A DNA stretch of 63,122 nucleotides, counting the filler, from Octopus bimaculoides (taxonomy: Eukaryota), in NCBI RefSeq assembly GCF_001194135.2. It is 5 parts of 4 records of this genome, joined end to end, with 100 filler letters (N's around TTAATTAATTAA, not from the genome) between each part and the next. Parts side by side here need not be neighbours in the genome. Positions count along the whole stretch, not along the records: positions 1 to 14,103 come from NC_068984.1; 4 more parts are not named here. One strand, given 5' to 3'. The translations under genes were made by a program, and so were the position numbers. This document shows, piece after piece, positions 1 to 9,910 of the stretch. The first letter of the stretch is position 1. The number at the start of each line of letters is the position of its first letter. The notes beneath the pieces are model-generated. The model searched no databases, was not told the origin of the DNA, and worked only from the letters and a program-made list of their open reading frames with translations.

Positions 1-376
1 GATATGTAACGAACTGCCTCAACAAAAACCTGGAAAAATTAGGGTTCTCAAAACCTGAAAGAAAAAGGCTGATTAGAAGACTACAGATTCAAGCCATCAA
101 TGGAACTGTAAAGATATGTAAAACTTTCCAAAAATTTAGCACATAAATACATATGCATGCATCTAGACATAAAAACGCATCCATAAAACAAACATACAAA
201 TCTGCGCATACACTAACACCAAATACTGCACACACACACATATGCACAAATACCTAGATGATGTTGATAAAAGTTCCAATGAAGGAGCCTTGAATCTATG
301 TTAGAGTCCGGCTCTTTCTCTACGGACAAGAAATACAGAAAGAAACTGATTGATAACATACATACATACATACATG
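1..376 (+). mobile_element. 3' end of a restriction-like-endonuclease (RLE) non-LTR retrotransposon (R4/NeSL-like), with 3' UTR and (CATA)n tail
   Basis: Frame 3 (3-146) reads YVTNCLNKNLEKLGFSKPERKRLIRRLQIQAINGTVKICKTFQKF ST*, resembling the L..LG...LQ..A..GT..I end of RLE LINE ORFs; followed by a UTR ending in CATA repeats (~356-376). Confidence 0.6.
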
Positions 377-610
377 CATGCATAGGCACACACTCACACA
401 CACTGACCCACACACAAGCGCACAAACAAACAAAAAGGAACGCAGTGTAAATAACGGACAGAGTCAACACTATTGAAAAGGTTGCAAGACGCAACGAAAA
501 TTTTAGGAAAATAAAAATAAGAAATAAGTGGAAATTTTACTGGTGAGTGTGTTAAATTCTAAGGCACAAAAAGAAAATGACTCTCCCCAGACACAACAGA
601 CCATACTTTG

Positions 611-1033
611 TGGATGTCGTGATATCCAACCGGTTTTCGCTAGTTAAATTAGCTTTACAAGGCACATTATGAAGTAATCATTTCTTGTGACAAAGGAGTT
701 TCGCCATTTTGGATACTTGAAAAGTAAGAATGAGTCCAGAGAGTGGTCAAAGGGAAGTAACAGGTGGCAAGGGCGACAACTAACTCCTCAGCATAATTGT
801 TGAAATAGGAATGTGTAAGGATCAGGTGGCCAAGTTTGTATATTAAGGTGTGGTCTGTACTTTTGCATGAACAGATTTTCCTTGTTTAGACGTTCTTGTA
901 AGGAGATTGAATCTTTGCATTGGTATAATAGGAAAATATGAAAATTCGGTGTTTTATTTCTTGCGCATCTGTCGATATGTTCGCTCGGGGCTATCTGCCT
1001 GTATTGAAGAAAATGAATCTGTTCTTTATGCAG
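611..1033 (-). repeat. 3' pseudo-LTR (pLTR) of the PLE
   Basis: Direct-repeat partner of 4305-4730; contains the end of the EN ORF and the 3' UTR. Confidence 0.93.
622..667 (-). ncRNA. Degenerate type-I hammerhead ribozyme motif in the 3' pLTR
   Basis: Minus strand: ATGTGCC TTGTAAA GCTA-ATTTAAC-TAGC GAAA ACCGGT T GGATAT. It has a core-like heptamer, a 4-bp stem II, GAAA and a palindromic stem III. Confidence 0.55.
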
Positions 1034-4000
1034 CGTAACTCTATGTCTCAATGTAAGGCTGATATAGATAAGGTTCTGGGAAAGCACATGTGAAGTTGAT
1101 CTTAATTAAAATTGTTTCCCCTTGGTGGAATGTGAATTCCGAACCTTCAATTAGGTATGGTCATGTACCACAATTAGATCGTCTGCAATTTTAATTTTGT
1201 GTTGAGTATAGTTTTGCATCTCTTAGGAGTTTCTTAAGTGGTTTCTGTTGTCTTTTGCATTTGAGGAGTTTATGTGTATTTAGAATGCTGTTCATTTTTA
1301 GGTCTTGAGTGAGCAGAGGCAGTTTTTGTATAATTGTGTTGTATGCTTCACTGTTTCTAAAGGTTGTGGGTTGATATGTATGTGAGTGATTTAAAGTGAG
1401 GTGTGGTATTTTGTTTTGCTGTCCTTGGTGTGTTTGTGCCCAATTTTTTTGGCACGTTTAATTCCATGGTCTATGAGTGCGGGTGAGTATTGACGTTCCA
1501 TGAGTGTTATTTTGAGGTCTTGTAGGCGAAGTTCCCGGGTAGTTGTGTCAGATACAATTGTACAGTTACTTTTTGCTAGATTGAATGGGATATTTATTTT
1601 GCTGTGTTTAGGGCGGCATGAAGTGGAAACGAGACACTGTTTTGAGTCTGTTGGTTTGTAGTAGATGTCAGTTGCAATTTGGTTGTTGGATTTTTTTATA
1701 ATCAAAATGTCCAGAAATGGAAACTGTTCCTTGCTATACTCCATTGCAAATTGAATATTGGAGTTTATATTGTTCAGTGTAGATTTGAAACCCAGAAGTT
1801 TATCATAGGTTTCATTCCAGATGATAAAACAATCATTTAGGTATCTTTTCCAGTTTTCTCTCATATACTGGTGGAATAGGGGTCCAAACTCTTGGAGCGA
1901 ATGTTCATATAGGGTAGGTTCAAAGAAACCCATTATTAGGTTCGTAAGGACAGGCGCTGCTTTTTTCCCATTGCAATACCGCATTCTTGGCGGTAGTATG
2001 TTTCATCGAATAAGAAGTAATTGTTTTGTAGGATGAACTTCAGAGATTCAATGACAAAAGTCTGGTTTATGCGGTCCGGGAGAACTTCGGGGTATTTTTC
2101 TAACCAGAATTTTATTGCCTCTATTCCGAAGTCATGTGGAATGTTAGTGTAGAGGTTGATAACATCGAAGGAGATTAATAGTGCTTCTTCGTTGTTAGGT
2201 TTTGGTAGATGCTCTAGCATGCCTAGACCGTCTCTAATGAAACTTTTAATGTATCTGACGAAAGGTTGCTTAGGCGGTGTGTTTCGCAGGCTGGGCCCGC
2301 TATAATCGGCCTTAATTTTAAGTCTTCTGGTGTTGGGATATTTATGTATAGACCTGGATTTGATCTGAAGGCATTAGTAATTATTTGACTCCTGTGGATT
2401 TTGGGGAGGCCATAGAAAAGTTTTGGTTTGCATTTAAAGTTTGTGATATCATCTTTTTCTTTTTCTGTGAGGCCTTTTCCATGTTTGAGTATTAAAGATG
2501 CAAGATCTTTTAATGTTTTTTGCTGCCTATAATTTGCAACTTTTTCATAAAAGGAGTCATTTTCTAGTATGTACAATGCTAGGTTTTTATAGTATTCTGT
2601 ATCCATCCGGACTACAGCACTACCTTTGTCTGTTTCTTTGATGGTAAGTCTTCGTCGTTTTTTAATTGAAGTAGGTGCTTCCATTGTAGGTTGTTGAAGT
2701 TTGGTACAATTTTTGGTTTATAAAGAATGTGAGGAAAATTCTGGATACGGTTGCAGAAGTCGTCTAATGTTTTATTCCTTCCTTTGTGTGGTAGATAATT
2801 ACTTTTGTTTTTTCACTTGTGATTCCTCATCGTTGTTGTAGTTGGTGAGTGCTTCTGTCACTCGATGTTTTCTTCAGAATTCTGCAATATTATCTTTAAT
2901 TTCATTGGAGTTTGGTCTACGTGAGGTGGGTGTAAATTTTAAACCTTTAGCTAAAATATTTAGCTAAAAGATTTTTGTTGTGGAGAGAGTTTTCTTCGAT
3001 AAATTGATTATTTTGGGTTTCTCCCGTAAGTTCTGTTCCAACGTGTGTCCTTGTGTTTCTCTACTCTGTCTAAAAAAATGTTGTTTGTCGTAATTAGGTT
3101 GGAAGGGGTTCTCAGTGTTAGGGTTGTCATTGTGAGTGTATTGTTGTGTAGGTGAATTGTTTGGGATTATGTGGTGTGGGTGTTTATGTTGGAATTAGTT
3201 GTAGGGGTGTTTGGGCCTGTATGGTGGTTGATTTCCCAGTGGGGTAGTTTTGTGTGTCTGTGTTGAAATTTTGATCTGGGTGTACTATTATTGGTTTCTG
3301 TGGATGTATTTGTTTTGGATTTTTTTTGAAGGGGTTGTCTGAAGTGTAGTCTCTTTTGAATTGAGATTCGTTGTTGAGGAAAAAGTTAATATTGTTTTCC
3401 CATCGTTTTAGTGAATTAATTTCTTCCGATTCACAGTTGTCTTTCTATAGTTTAATAACATTTTGTAGAAGTTGTTCATTGGCATGTATCGTGAGTTCTG
3501 TGATCATCTCGTCATCGATCGTTTTATAATTTTGTTCATGATTCTTAGCTCTGAGTTTAAGTAATTCAATTTCTGTTCTCAACTTTTCTATTGCTAGTTT
3601 CTCTCTGAGGGTTCGCTGTTGTTCTGGTTCATCTGGGTTGAGTTTGATTTGGAGTTTGCGTGGCCAGATTAACGGTGTTGAGTTGATCCATTTTTCACAA
3701 ATTTGTGCTTTATTGTTATTTTTTTATCATGTTCCAGAATGAGAGTTTTCTGGTGTTGAGGTTTTTAGACTAAGTGTGACTAATGCGGTTTTTAATTAGA
3801 TGTACTGAAATTGGTGTGTTTTCATTTGGGGTGGGCGATTTTTGTAGTGTATCTTTTATGGTATTGTTTGTGAAAGTATTAGTGAAAAATTCGTTTAATG
3901 TAGTGCATAGTTCACTTAGATTTTCACTGACCTTCTCTGTATATTGCTTTCTTTGATCGTTATCTAAGTCTTCTCGGGTTTGGTGGTATAGTCCATCGAT

Positions 4001-4105
4001 TTTGTTGGTTAGAGTGACTAAATCTATGTTGATTTCTTTTAATTCCTTAAGGATGTCCTCGTTGGTAATTTTATCCGATGAGGTGGAGGTAGGTTTCGCA
4101 GGCAT
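788..4105 (-). pseudogene. PLE RT + GIY-YIG endonuclease ORF, multiply frameshifted
   Basis: ORF-track pieces 3770-4105, 2223-2684, 1936-2220, 1391-1984 and 788-1087 are collinear fragments of one PLE polyprotein. The catalytic YxDD reads YLND and the GIY-YIG core is internally deleted. Confidence 0.92.
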
Positions 4106-4304
4106 TTGTGTACCACGTGAGGCATATGGTAGAAATATGAAAGGAGCAAAATACTGGAAAATCAGTCTACACCTCGTGGCTAAATTATGAGTTGAAAATA
4201 TGTGGAAAACATATATAAAAAGTGGAAGAGAAATGCCTTCGTTTCACATAGTTTAATGACTTTTTATAAATTTTTTATATGTATACATATATACATATTT
4301 TATA

Positions 4305-4730
4305 GATTTCGTGATATCCAACCGGTTTTCGCTATTTAAATTAGCTTTTCAGGGGACATTGTGAAGTAATCATTTCTTGTGACAAAGGAGTTTCTCCATT
4401 CTGGATACTTGAAAAGTAAGAGATAGTCTGGATATTGGAGAAAAAAAAAGAAAAGCAACAGGTGGCAAGGGGGACAACTAACTCCTTAGTATAATTGTTG
4501 AAATAGGAATGTGTAAGGATCAGGTGGTCAAGTTTGTATATTAAGGTGTGGTCTGTACTTTTGTATGAACAAGTTTTCCTTGTTTAAGCGTTCTTGTAAG
4601 AAGATTGAATCTTTGCATTGGTATAATGGAAAAATATGAAAATTCGATGTTTTATTTCTTGCGCATCTGTCAATATGTTCGTTCGGGGCTATCTGCCTGT
4701 ATTGAGGAAAACGAATCTGTTCTTATGCAG
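4305..4730 (-). repeat. 5' pseudo-LTR (diverged direct repeat of 613-1033)
   Basis: Runs from gatttcgtgatatccaaccggttttcgc to atctgttcttatgcag and aligns end to end with 613-1033. Confidence 0.93.
4314..4359 (-). ncRNA. Degenerate type-I hammerhead motif in the 5' pLTR
   Basis: Minus strand: ATGTCCC CTGAAAA GCTA-ATTTAAA-TAGC GAAA ACCGGT T GGATAT. Confidence 0.62.
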
Positions 4731-4740
4731 ACTCATTCCA

Positions 4741-4864
4741 GACTCATTCTTACTTTTCAAGTATCCAAAATGGGAGATTCCTTTGTCACAAGAAATGATT
4801 ACTTCAGAATGTTCTTTCAAAAGCTAATTTAAATAGCGAAAACCGGTTGAATATCACGACATCC

Positions 4865-4865
<1 letters not shown>
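4741..4865 (+). repeat. Inverted copy of the pLTR 3' end at the 5' extremity of the PLE
   Basis: 4741-4865 is the reverse complement of 611-736. The motif gactcattc is repeated at the junction (4730-4738 and 4741-4749), and (AT)n follows at 4866. Confidence 0.92.
4809..4854 (+). ncRNA. Degenerate type-I hammerhead motif in the inverted pLTR copy
   Basis: Plus strand: ATGTTCT TTCAAAA GCTA-ATTTAAA-TAGC GAAA ACCGGT T GAATAT. Confidence 0.5.
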
Positions 4866-4902
<37 letters not shown>

Positions 4903-4928
4903 CACACATATATATATACATATATATA

Positions 4929-5340
4929 CTTTTTTATTCAAGCTGCAAAAACATGATTAAAAAACTGTTACTCAAAGTTTCACGTTTCCATTCGTCGGAC
5001 AGTTGTGATCAAGACTGGAATAAAATTGTAATGGTACATGTAATATATGATTTGATACAATTCAATTTGACAAATAAGCATTTGAATTTGATTGGGTAAC
5101 TTATTTTCAAAATATAAATAGTGCTATATTCGCTAACGGTAGGGGGTGTATAAATTGAGCAGTAAAATATAAATATATTATATTACATAATATCGAAAAC
5201 AGCCTTGAGTGAAGAAGGGAGTAATGCATGTCCAGAAGAGATTAATTAATAATTAATTAATAGATGCATAAGTTTGTTTTAATAATTAAAAAAAAACATG
5301 GATTAAAGAAGTTCCTAGGTTGGAAATTTCAATAACAAGT
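4929..5340 (-). mobile_element. Non-coding pLTR-like repeat (family B) with hammerhead
   Basis: Homologous, in opposite orientation, to 10255-10680 (shared blocks aaacttat..attaattaat..catg, ccaatcaaa.tcaaatg..tatttgtc, the ribozyme, and tttgcagctt). Its 3' end abuts (AT)n. Confidence 0.75.
4963..5004 (-). ncRNA. Type-I hammerhead ribozyme, U4C core variant
   Basis: Minus strand: AACTGT CCGACGA ATG-GAAA-CGT GAA ACTT-T-GAGT A / ACAGTT. 6-bp stem I, stem II with a GNRA loop, near-palindromic stem III, GUA cleavage triplet. Confidence 0.72.
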
Positions 5341-5829
5341 TTATGGTACGTATACACACAAATATAATATATAAATCTATGACTATATACACATGCATAA
5401 AATACATACACGCATATACATACACATATACACATGTACATACATATATAAATGCATGCATATAAATATATATGTGTATGTGTTTGTGTGTGCGTATGTA
5501 TAAATATATATATGCATATTAAGGATACGACTTTTTTCATTTTTTTCTCAAAAACCATTTCGTATATCATATTTAGATGAGCTTTTATGGATAAGTAACT
5601 AAAGTGAACTCACTTCTGAGCTTTTTTAAGATTTCACCCATGAATGGATGTTTGTATTCTTATGTAAGACTTGTTTCAATATGGTGAAGGTTGCACAGTA
5701 CTCTTGGCTTTCAATAAATCCTTAGCATTTATAAAACTTCAGTGGTGATTAGATTGCACTGCTGAGTCATTATGCGTAGTCATGAAGCAAATAATTAAGT
5801 TCTTATTTAACTTTCACCCTTGTTGTTGC

Positions 5830-6790
5830 AGTTTCAGTGTGTGAGTTCTGCGTGACTTCTAGCGGTATGTCATTCAAGAAGGCATCGAAATTGTTCAGAA
5901 GAACAAAGAGAAATAGACGAGAAATTTGGTGCAGTAGAAGAAGCCTCATTGGCCAGCAAAAGCTGAATGCCACTCAAGGAGCAGATTGTTGGTCAGTGCC
6001 AGTTTCTTGGGAAATCAATGAAAGGCAGAAAGGAAAGAGTGGCAGAATTATCAAGAGAGGTGACACTACTGTGAAGAGATAAACTGAATTTTCCAAACTT
6101 TTCCGAGCAAGTAATACGGCCCAAGTTCTAAAATATGCTTTATTTGTATGACAAATGCGCCAAGAAAGGAAAATCTGAGCCATTAGAAGAATTGTTCGAT
6201 ATCACCAAAGTTCACGGTCAATGGCTCAATGCTGATGACAAAAGCTGTATTCCATCCAACTCCAAAGCAAAGGCAAAGTGGGCTATTCGACAGGCAAAGC
6301 TGCAAGCAAGCACACTATCCATCCTTCCAAGAGAAGATGCTCTGATGCTGAAGCCTCCCATTCTTTATCGAACCCAACAACCCTGAATACTGACAGTGGC
6401 TCTGAAGAAGAAGAAGAAGAAGAAGAAGAAGAAGAAGAAGAAGAAGAAGAAGAAGAAGAAGAAGAAGAAGAAGAAGAAGAAGAAGAAGAAGAAGAAGAAG
6501 AAGAAGAAGAAGAAGAAGAAGAAGAGATTGAAAGGCACAATTATGATGAAGATGACAGAGTTAATCAAAATGATAGTGATAGTGATGACACTTATTCTTC
6601 CACAAGAAGGAACAATAAATCTGCAATTGGTATGAGACTTGTAACTAGAACAAATGTCTCTACCAACAAAACTGCGAAAATCTGCAAACAGTTGTCAGAA
6701 GAGGGCATCGATATCCTAGCTCCTAGTCAACAAAGCATTTACAAGGCATTTTTCAAGAAAGCTGGTGAAATGAAGAATCATGATACGACG
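5830..6790 (+). pseudogene. Degenerate ORF resembling the N-terminal part of a DNA-transposon transposase (family not assignable)
   Basis: Frameshifted segments KLNFPNFSEQVIRPKF*NMLYLYDKC..LFDITKVHGQWLNADDK and LVTRTNVSTNKTAKICKQLSEEGIDILAPSQQSIYKA. The assignment rests on recalled similarity only; no catalytic motif or TIR was found. Confidence 0.35.
6404..6523 (+). repeat. (GAA)40 microsatellite
   Basis: Perfect GAA run read directly. Confidence 0.98.
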
Positions 6791-6965
6791 TTAGTTTTTA
6801 AGGCACACCTAAAAAAGAACATCTGTCATCGCCCAAAATGTGTTTTAAAGATATCGAATATCCGAATGGATCTTTTACTTTTTTACTATTACTCTTTTTA
6901 TTATTATTACTTAGTTATTTTACTATCATTATATTTATTTATCATTGTTATTATTATTGTTAATA

Positions 6966-7070
6966 AGGTAGCGATGCTGACAGAACCTTTAGCGAGCTGG
7001 ACAAAATGTTTAGCGATATATCGCTAGTGTCTAAGTTCTGATTTAAATTCCGCCGAAGTCGGCTTTGCAT
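6966..7070 (+). mobile_element. SINE family M (5' part)
   Basis: aaggtagcgatgctgacagaac...aaattccgccgaagtcggctttgc matches the many family-M copies in the window. Confidence 0.8.
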
Positions 7071-7245
7071 ATAAAAATTATTCATATTTAAATTTATATT
7101 ACATAAAATAATGCTTTTAGTACTTTAAATTTAATTTTATAATTGATTTTTATTTAGCTTCGTTTAATCTACACCTCTGAGCCTACATTACTTCATTCCT
7201 TCTTTCAACAATTTTTATTTTTAAAATTCAACACACCAGACACAC

Positions 7246-7560
7246 AGTTCTATATTTAAAAGTTGAGGAATTATGTACATTATTTACATTTGACAGATAT
7301 TTGTCCTCATCTTGTTTGTTGTTAACACAACGTTTCGGCTGATATACCCTCCAACCTTCATCAAGTATCTTGGGGAAATTTCGAACCTGTTATTTTTTGA
7401 TGTTCTTCTTCTAAGGTATTTTTTGATGTTGTTGTTGTTGTTCTTCTTCTTCTTCTTCTTCTTATTATTATTATTATTATTATCCGGGTCACTACCTGGA
7501 ATCGAACTCGGCATCTTGGGGTTAGTAGCCTGCGCTCTTAACCACTACGCCATATGCCCA
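7246..7560 (-). mobile_element. tRNA-headed, hammerhead-bearing SINE-like element (family H), full length
   Basis: Minus strand: GGGCATATGGCGTAGTGGTTAAGAG (A box), GAGTTCGATTCC (B box, 7498-7509), AAT/AAG microsatellite, body with hammerhead, and a 3' end AAATATAGAACT that matches 20661-20990. Confidence 0.9.
7324..7369 (-). ncRNA. Type-I hammerhead in family H (C3U-mutated copy)
   Basis: Minus strand: GATAC TTGATGA A GGTTG-GAGGGTATAT-CAGCC GAA ACGT T / GTGTT. Confidence 0.72.
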
Positions 7561-7608
7561 TGGGCATATGGCGTAGCGGTTAAGAGTTCGATTCCGGGAA
7601 GTGACCTG

Positions 7609-7672
<64 letters not shown>
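7561..7672 (+). mobile_element. Inverted (head-to-head) partial copy of the family-H tRNA head plus (AAT)n
   Basis: 7561-7586 is the reverse complement of 7535-7560 (25/26). A and B boxes are kept and the anticodon arm is deleted at a GAG microhomology. Confidence 0.9.
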
Positions 7673-7675
<3 letters not shown>

Positions 7676-8135
7676 TAGAAAGGATTGAGATAACTCCTCC
7701 TGATGATATAGAGTCAAAATTAAAAGAAGAGTGCCATTTGTGATCTAGTGAACGATATTTCGACATCTCGTGTGTCTTCAACTGGTTCAAAAAATAAATT
7801 TGTCAATCTACTTCATTTTGGTTAATATAGAAAGGATTGNNNNNNNNNNNNNNNNNNNNNNNNNNNNNNNNNNNNNNNNNNNNNNNNNNNNNNNNNNNNN
7901 NNNNNNNNNNNNNNNNNNNNNNNNNNNNNNNNNNNNNNNNNNNNNNNNNNNNNNNNNNNNNNNNNNNNNNNNNNNNNNNNNNNNNNNNNNNNNNNNNNNN
8001 NNNNNNNNNNNNNNNNNNNNNNNNNNNNNNNNNNNNNNNNNNNNNNNNNNNNNNNNNNNNNNNNNNNNNNNNNNNNNNNNNNNNNNNNNNNNNNNNNNNN
8101 NNNNNNNNAACAATAATAATAATAATGATAATAAT

Positions 8136-8343
8136 CTTTTCTACTCTAGGCACAAGGCCCGAAATTTTGGGGGAGGGGAGAAGTCGATTAGATCGACTCC
8201 AGTACGCAACTGGTACTTAATTTATCGAACCCGAAAGGATGACAGGCAAAGTCGACCTCGGCGAAATTTGAACTCAGAACGTAAAGACAGACGAAATACC
8301 GCTTAGCATTTCGCCCGGCGAGCTAACGTTTCTGCCAGCTCGC
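8136..8343 (-). mobile_element. SINE family M inserted in an (AAT)n tract
   Basis: Reverse complement contains gcgagctggcagaaacgttagc...ttctgagttcaaatttcgccgaggtcgactttgcc..tcatcctttcggg.tcgataaattaagtaccagt and the tail ggccttgtgcctagagtagaaaaga. Confidence 0.9.
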
Positions 8344-8497
8344 AATAATAATAACATCGAAAAATACCTTAGGAATGAGAACCCAAGTTCGAAATTTCCC
8401 CAAGACATCTGATGAAGGCTGGAGGGCATATCAGCCGAAACGTTGTGTTAACAACAAACACGATGAGGACAAATATCCGTCAAATGTAAATAATGTA
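8344..8497 (+). mobile_element. Family H body (head absent or hidden in the gap; 3' truncated)
   Basis: (AAT)n-catcgaaaaataccttaggaatgagaaccc...aaatgtaaataatgta aligns to 20818-20960. Confidence 0.88.
8404..8449 (+). ncRNA. Type-I hammerhead ribozyme (intact core)
   Basis: GACAT CTGATGA A GGCTG-GAGGGCATAT-CAGCC GAA ACGT T / GTGTT; predicted cleavage at 8444/8445. Confidence 0.85.
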
Positions 8498-8499
8498 TA

Positions 8500-9137
8500 G
8501 GGAGAATTCACAAAAAAACAAACAACAGAAAAGAATTCACAAAAAAAAACAACAGAAGAGGAGGTTATGTTGGGTCCGAGAGGAATTTGTGTTTGTAGAC
8601 TGAAAATGTAACACTGTTCCAGCTGGAGTCGCGAGTGCGTGGATCCGTGGTGCAGGGCGAGGCCAAAAACGGAGATATTAGAGATGGAGTGGTTGACCAA
8701 GCGGAAATGGCGGGCGACGGAGGTGTTCGTGCCTAGCCCAACATTTCGTAGATGCTCAGTGAACCGGTCGGTCAGCCGTCTGACCAACGTAGAGTTTATT
8801 GCAGAGATTACATCTAATGCAATAGATAAGGCTTCAAGAGGTGCAGGAGAGAAAGTTTCTTATGTGGAAAGTGTGCTAGTTGGATCCAGTGAGGGAGTAA
8901 TGAAAGGGCAGGTGTAGCAGCGGTATCTAGAGTAAGGGAAGGATCCGGATGGGGCTGGGAGGAGAGGAGCACTTGATCGCGTAGGTTACGGGCGCGTTTA
9001 AAGGACAAGGGTGGGTTGGGGGAAATGGGGTGAGTGGTGGGATCTAGCTGGAGACGACGGAAGGCTCGTAGGATCCTCCGATGAAGGGGTAGGGTGGAGG
9101 GTGGAAAAGGACGAGAAAGGGGGTGCGGTTTGGGGAT
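8500..9137 (-). mobile_element. 5'-truncated Penelope-like element (Neptune-type GIY-YIG endonuclease fragment)
   Basis: Minus strand, across frameshifts: PPLSFKRARNLRDQV, SRYRCYTCPF, SCTS*SLIYCIRCNLCNKLYVGQT, RRLTDRFTEHLRNV, VARHF, RLQLEQCYIFSLQTQIPLGPN. Confidence 0.92.
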
Positions 9138-9910
9138 GTATGCATATATGTATATATGTATGTATGTATGTATGCGTGTATACATGTGTGTATGTATTTA
9201 TGTAGGTATGTTTATGCGCGTCTATCGATATGTGTGCGTATACGACCATGAGTATACACACACGATGGTTTTATTGTATCTTCTTTTCTTCCTCTTTTTC
9301 TACTCGATACTCTTATGAACGCTTCTGTGTCAAAATTCAAACATTTTTCTATTCTCTCTCCTCCCCTCGCCACCACTTATCTAATTCCTTTTGTTCCTTT
9401 TTCTTTTCTTTTCTTCTTTTTTAACTAGCGAAGGAAAATGTGTGTTAGAAGCGTATTATGTATATAATGTGAGTATTAAAACATACGCACAGAGACGTAA
9501 TGTGTACATATGTGTGTATAGATATCTATGTATACATTAGTATGTGTATGTATATATATANNNNNNNNNNNNNNNNNNNNNNNNNNNNNNNNNNNNNNNN
9601 NNNNNNNNNNNNNNNNNNNNNNNNNNNNNNNNNNNNNNNNNNNNNNNNNNNNNNNNNNNNNNNNNNNNNNNNNNNNNNNNNNNNNNNNNNNNNNNNNNNN
9701 NNNNNNNNNNNNNNNNNNNNNNNNNNNNNNNNNNNNNNNNNNNNNNNNNNNNNNNNNNNNNNNNNNNNNNNNNNNNNNNNNNNNNNNNNNNNNNNNNNNN
9801 NNNNNNNNNNNNNNNNNNNNNNNNNNNNNNNNNNNNNNNNNNNNNNNNNNNNNNNNNNNNNNNNNNNNNNNNNNNNNNNNNNNNNNNTATATATATATAT
9901 ATATATATAT

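Larger units (their letters stand above)
611..4865 (-). mobile_element. Penelope-like retroelement (Neptune-type), near full length, inactivated
   Basis: Minus-strand ORF pieces from ATG 4105: LLAKGLKFTPT, TIKETDKGSAVVRMDTEYY, KPKLFYGLPKIH, LRPIIAGP, LISFDVINLYTNIP, GIAMG, WKRYLNDCFIIW, FPFLDILI, DIYYKPTD, Cys linker CRRSNCGT*PY, GIY-YIG remnant CASQNLIY and C-terminal R...E...F...YRPHLN (stop 788). Flanked by ~420-bp direct repeats plus an inverted terminal copy. Confidence 0.95.

Noticed and set aside
7698-7730. CTGATGA downstream of the family-H palindrome
   Set aside because: No stem II or GAAA follows it.
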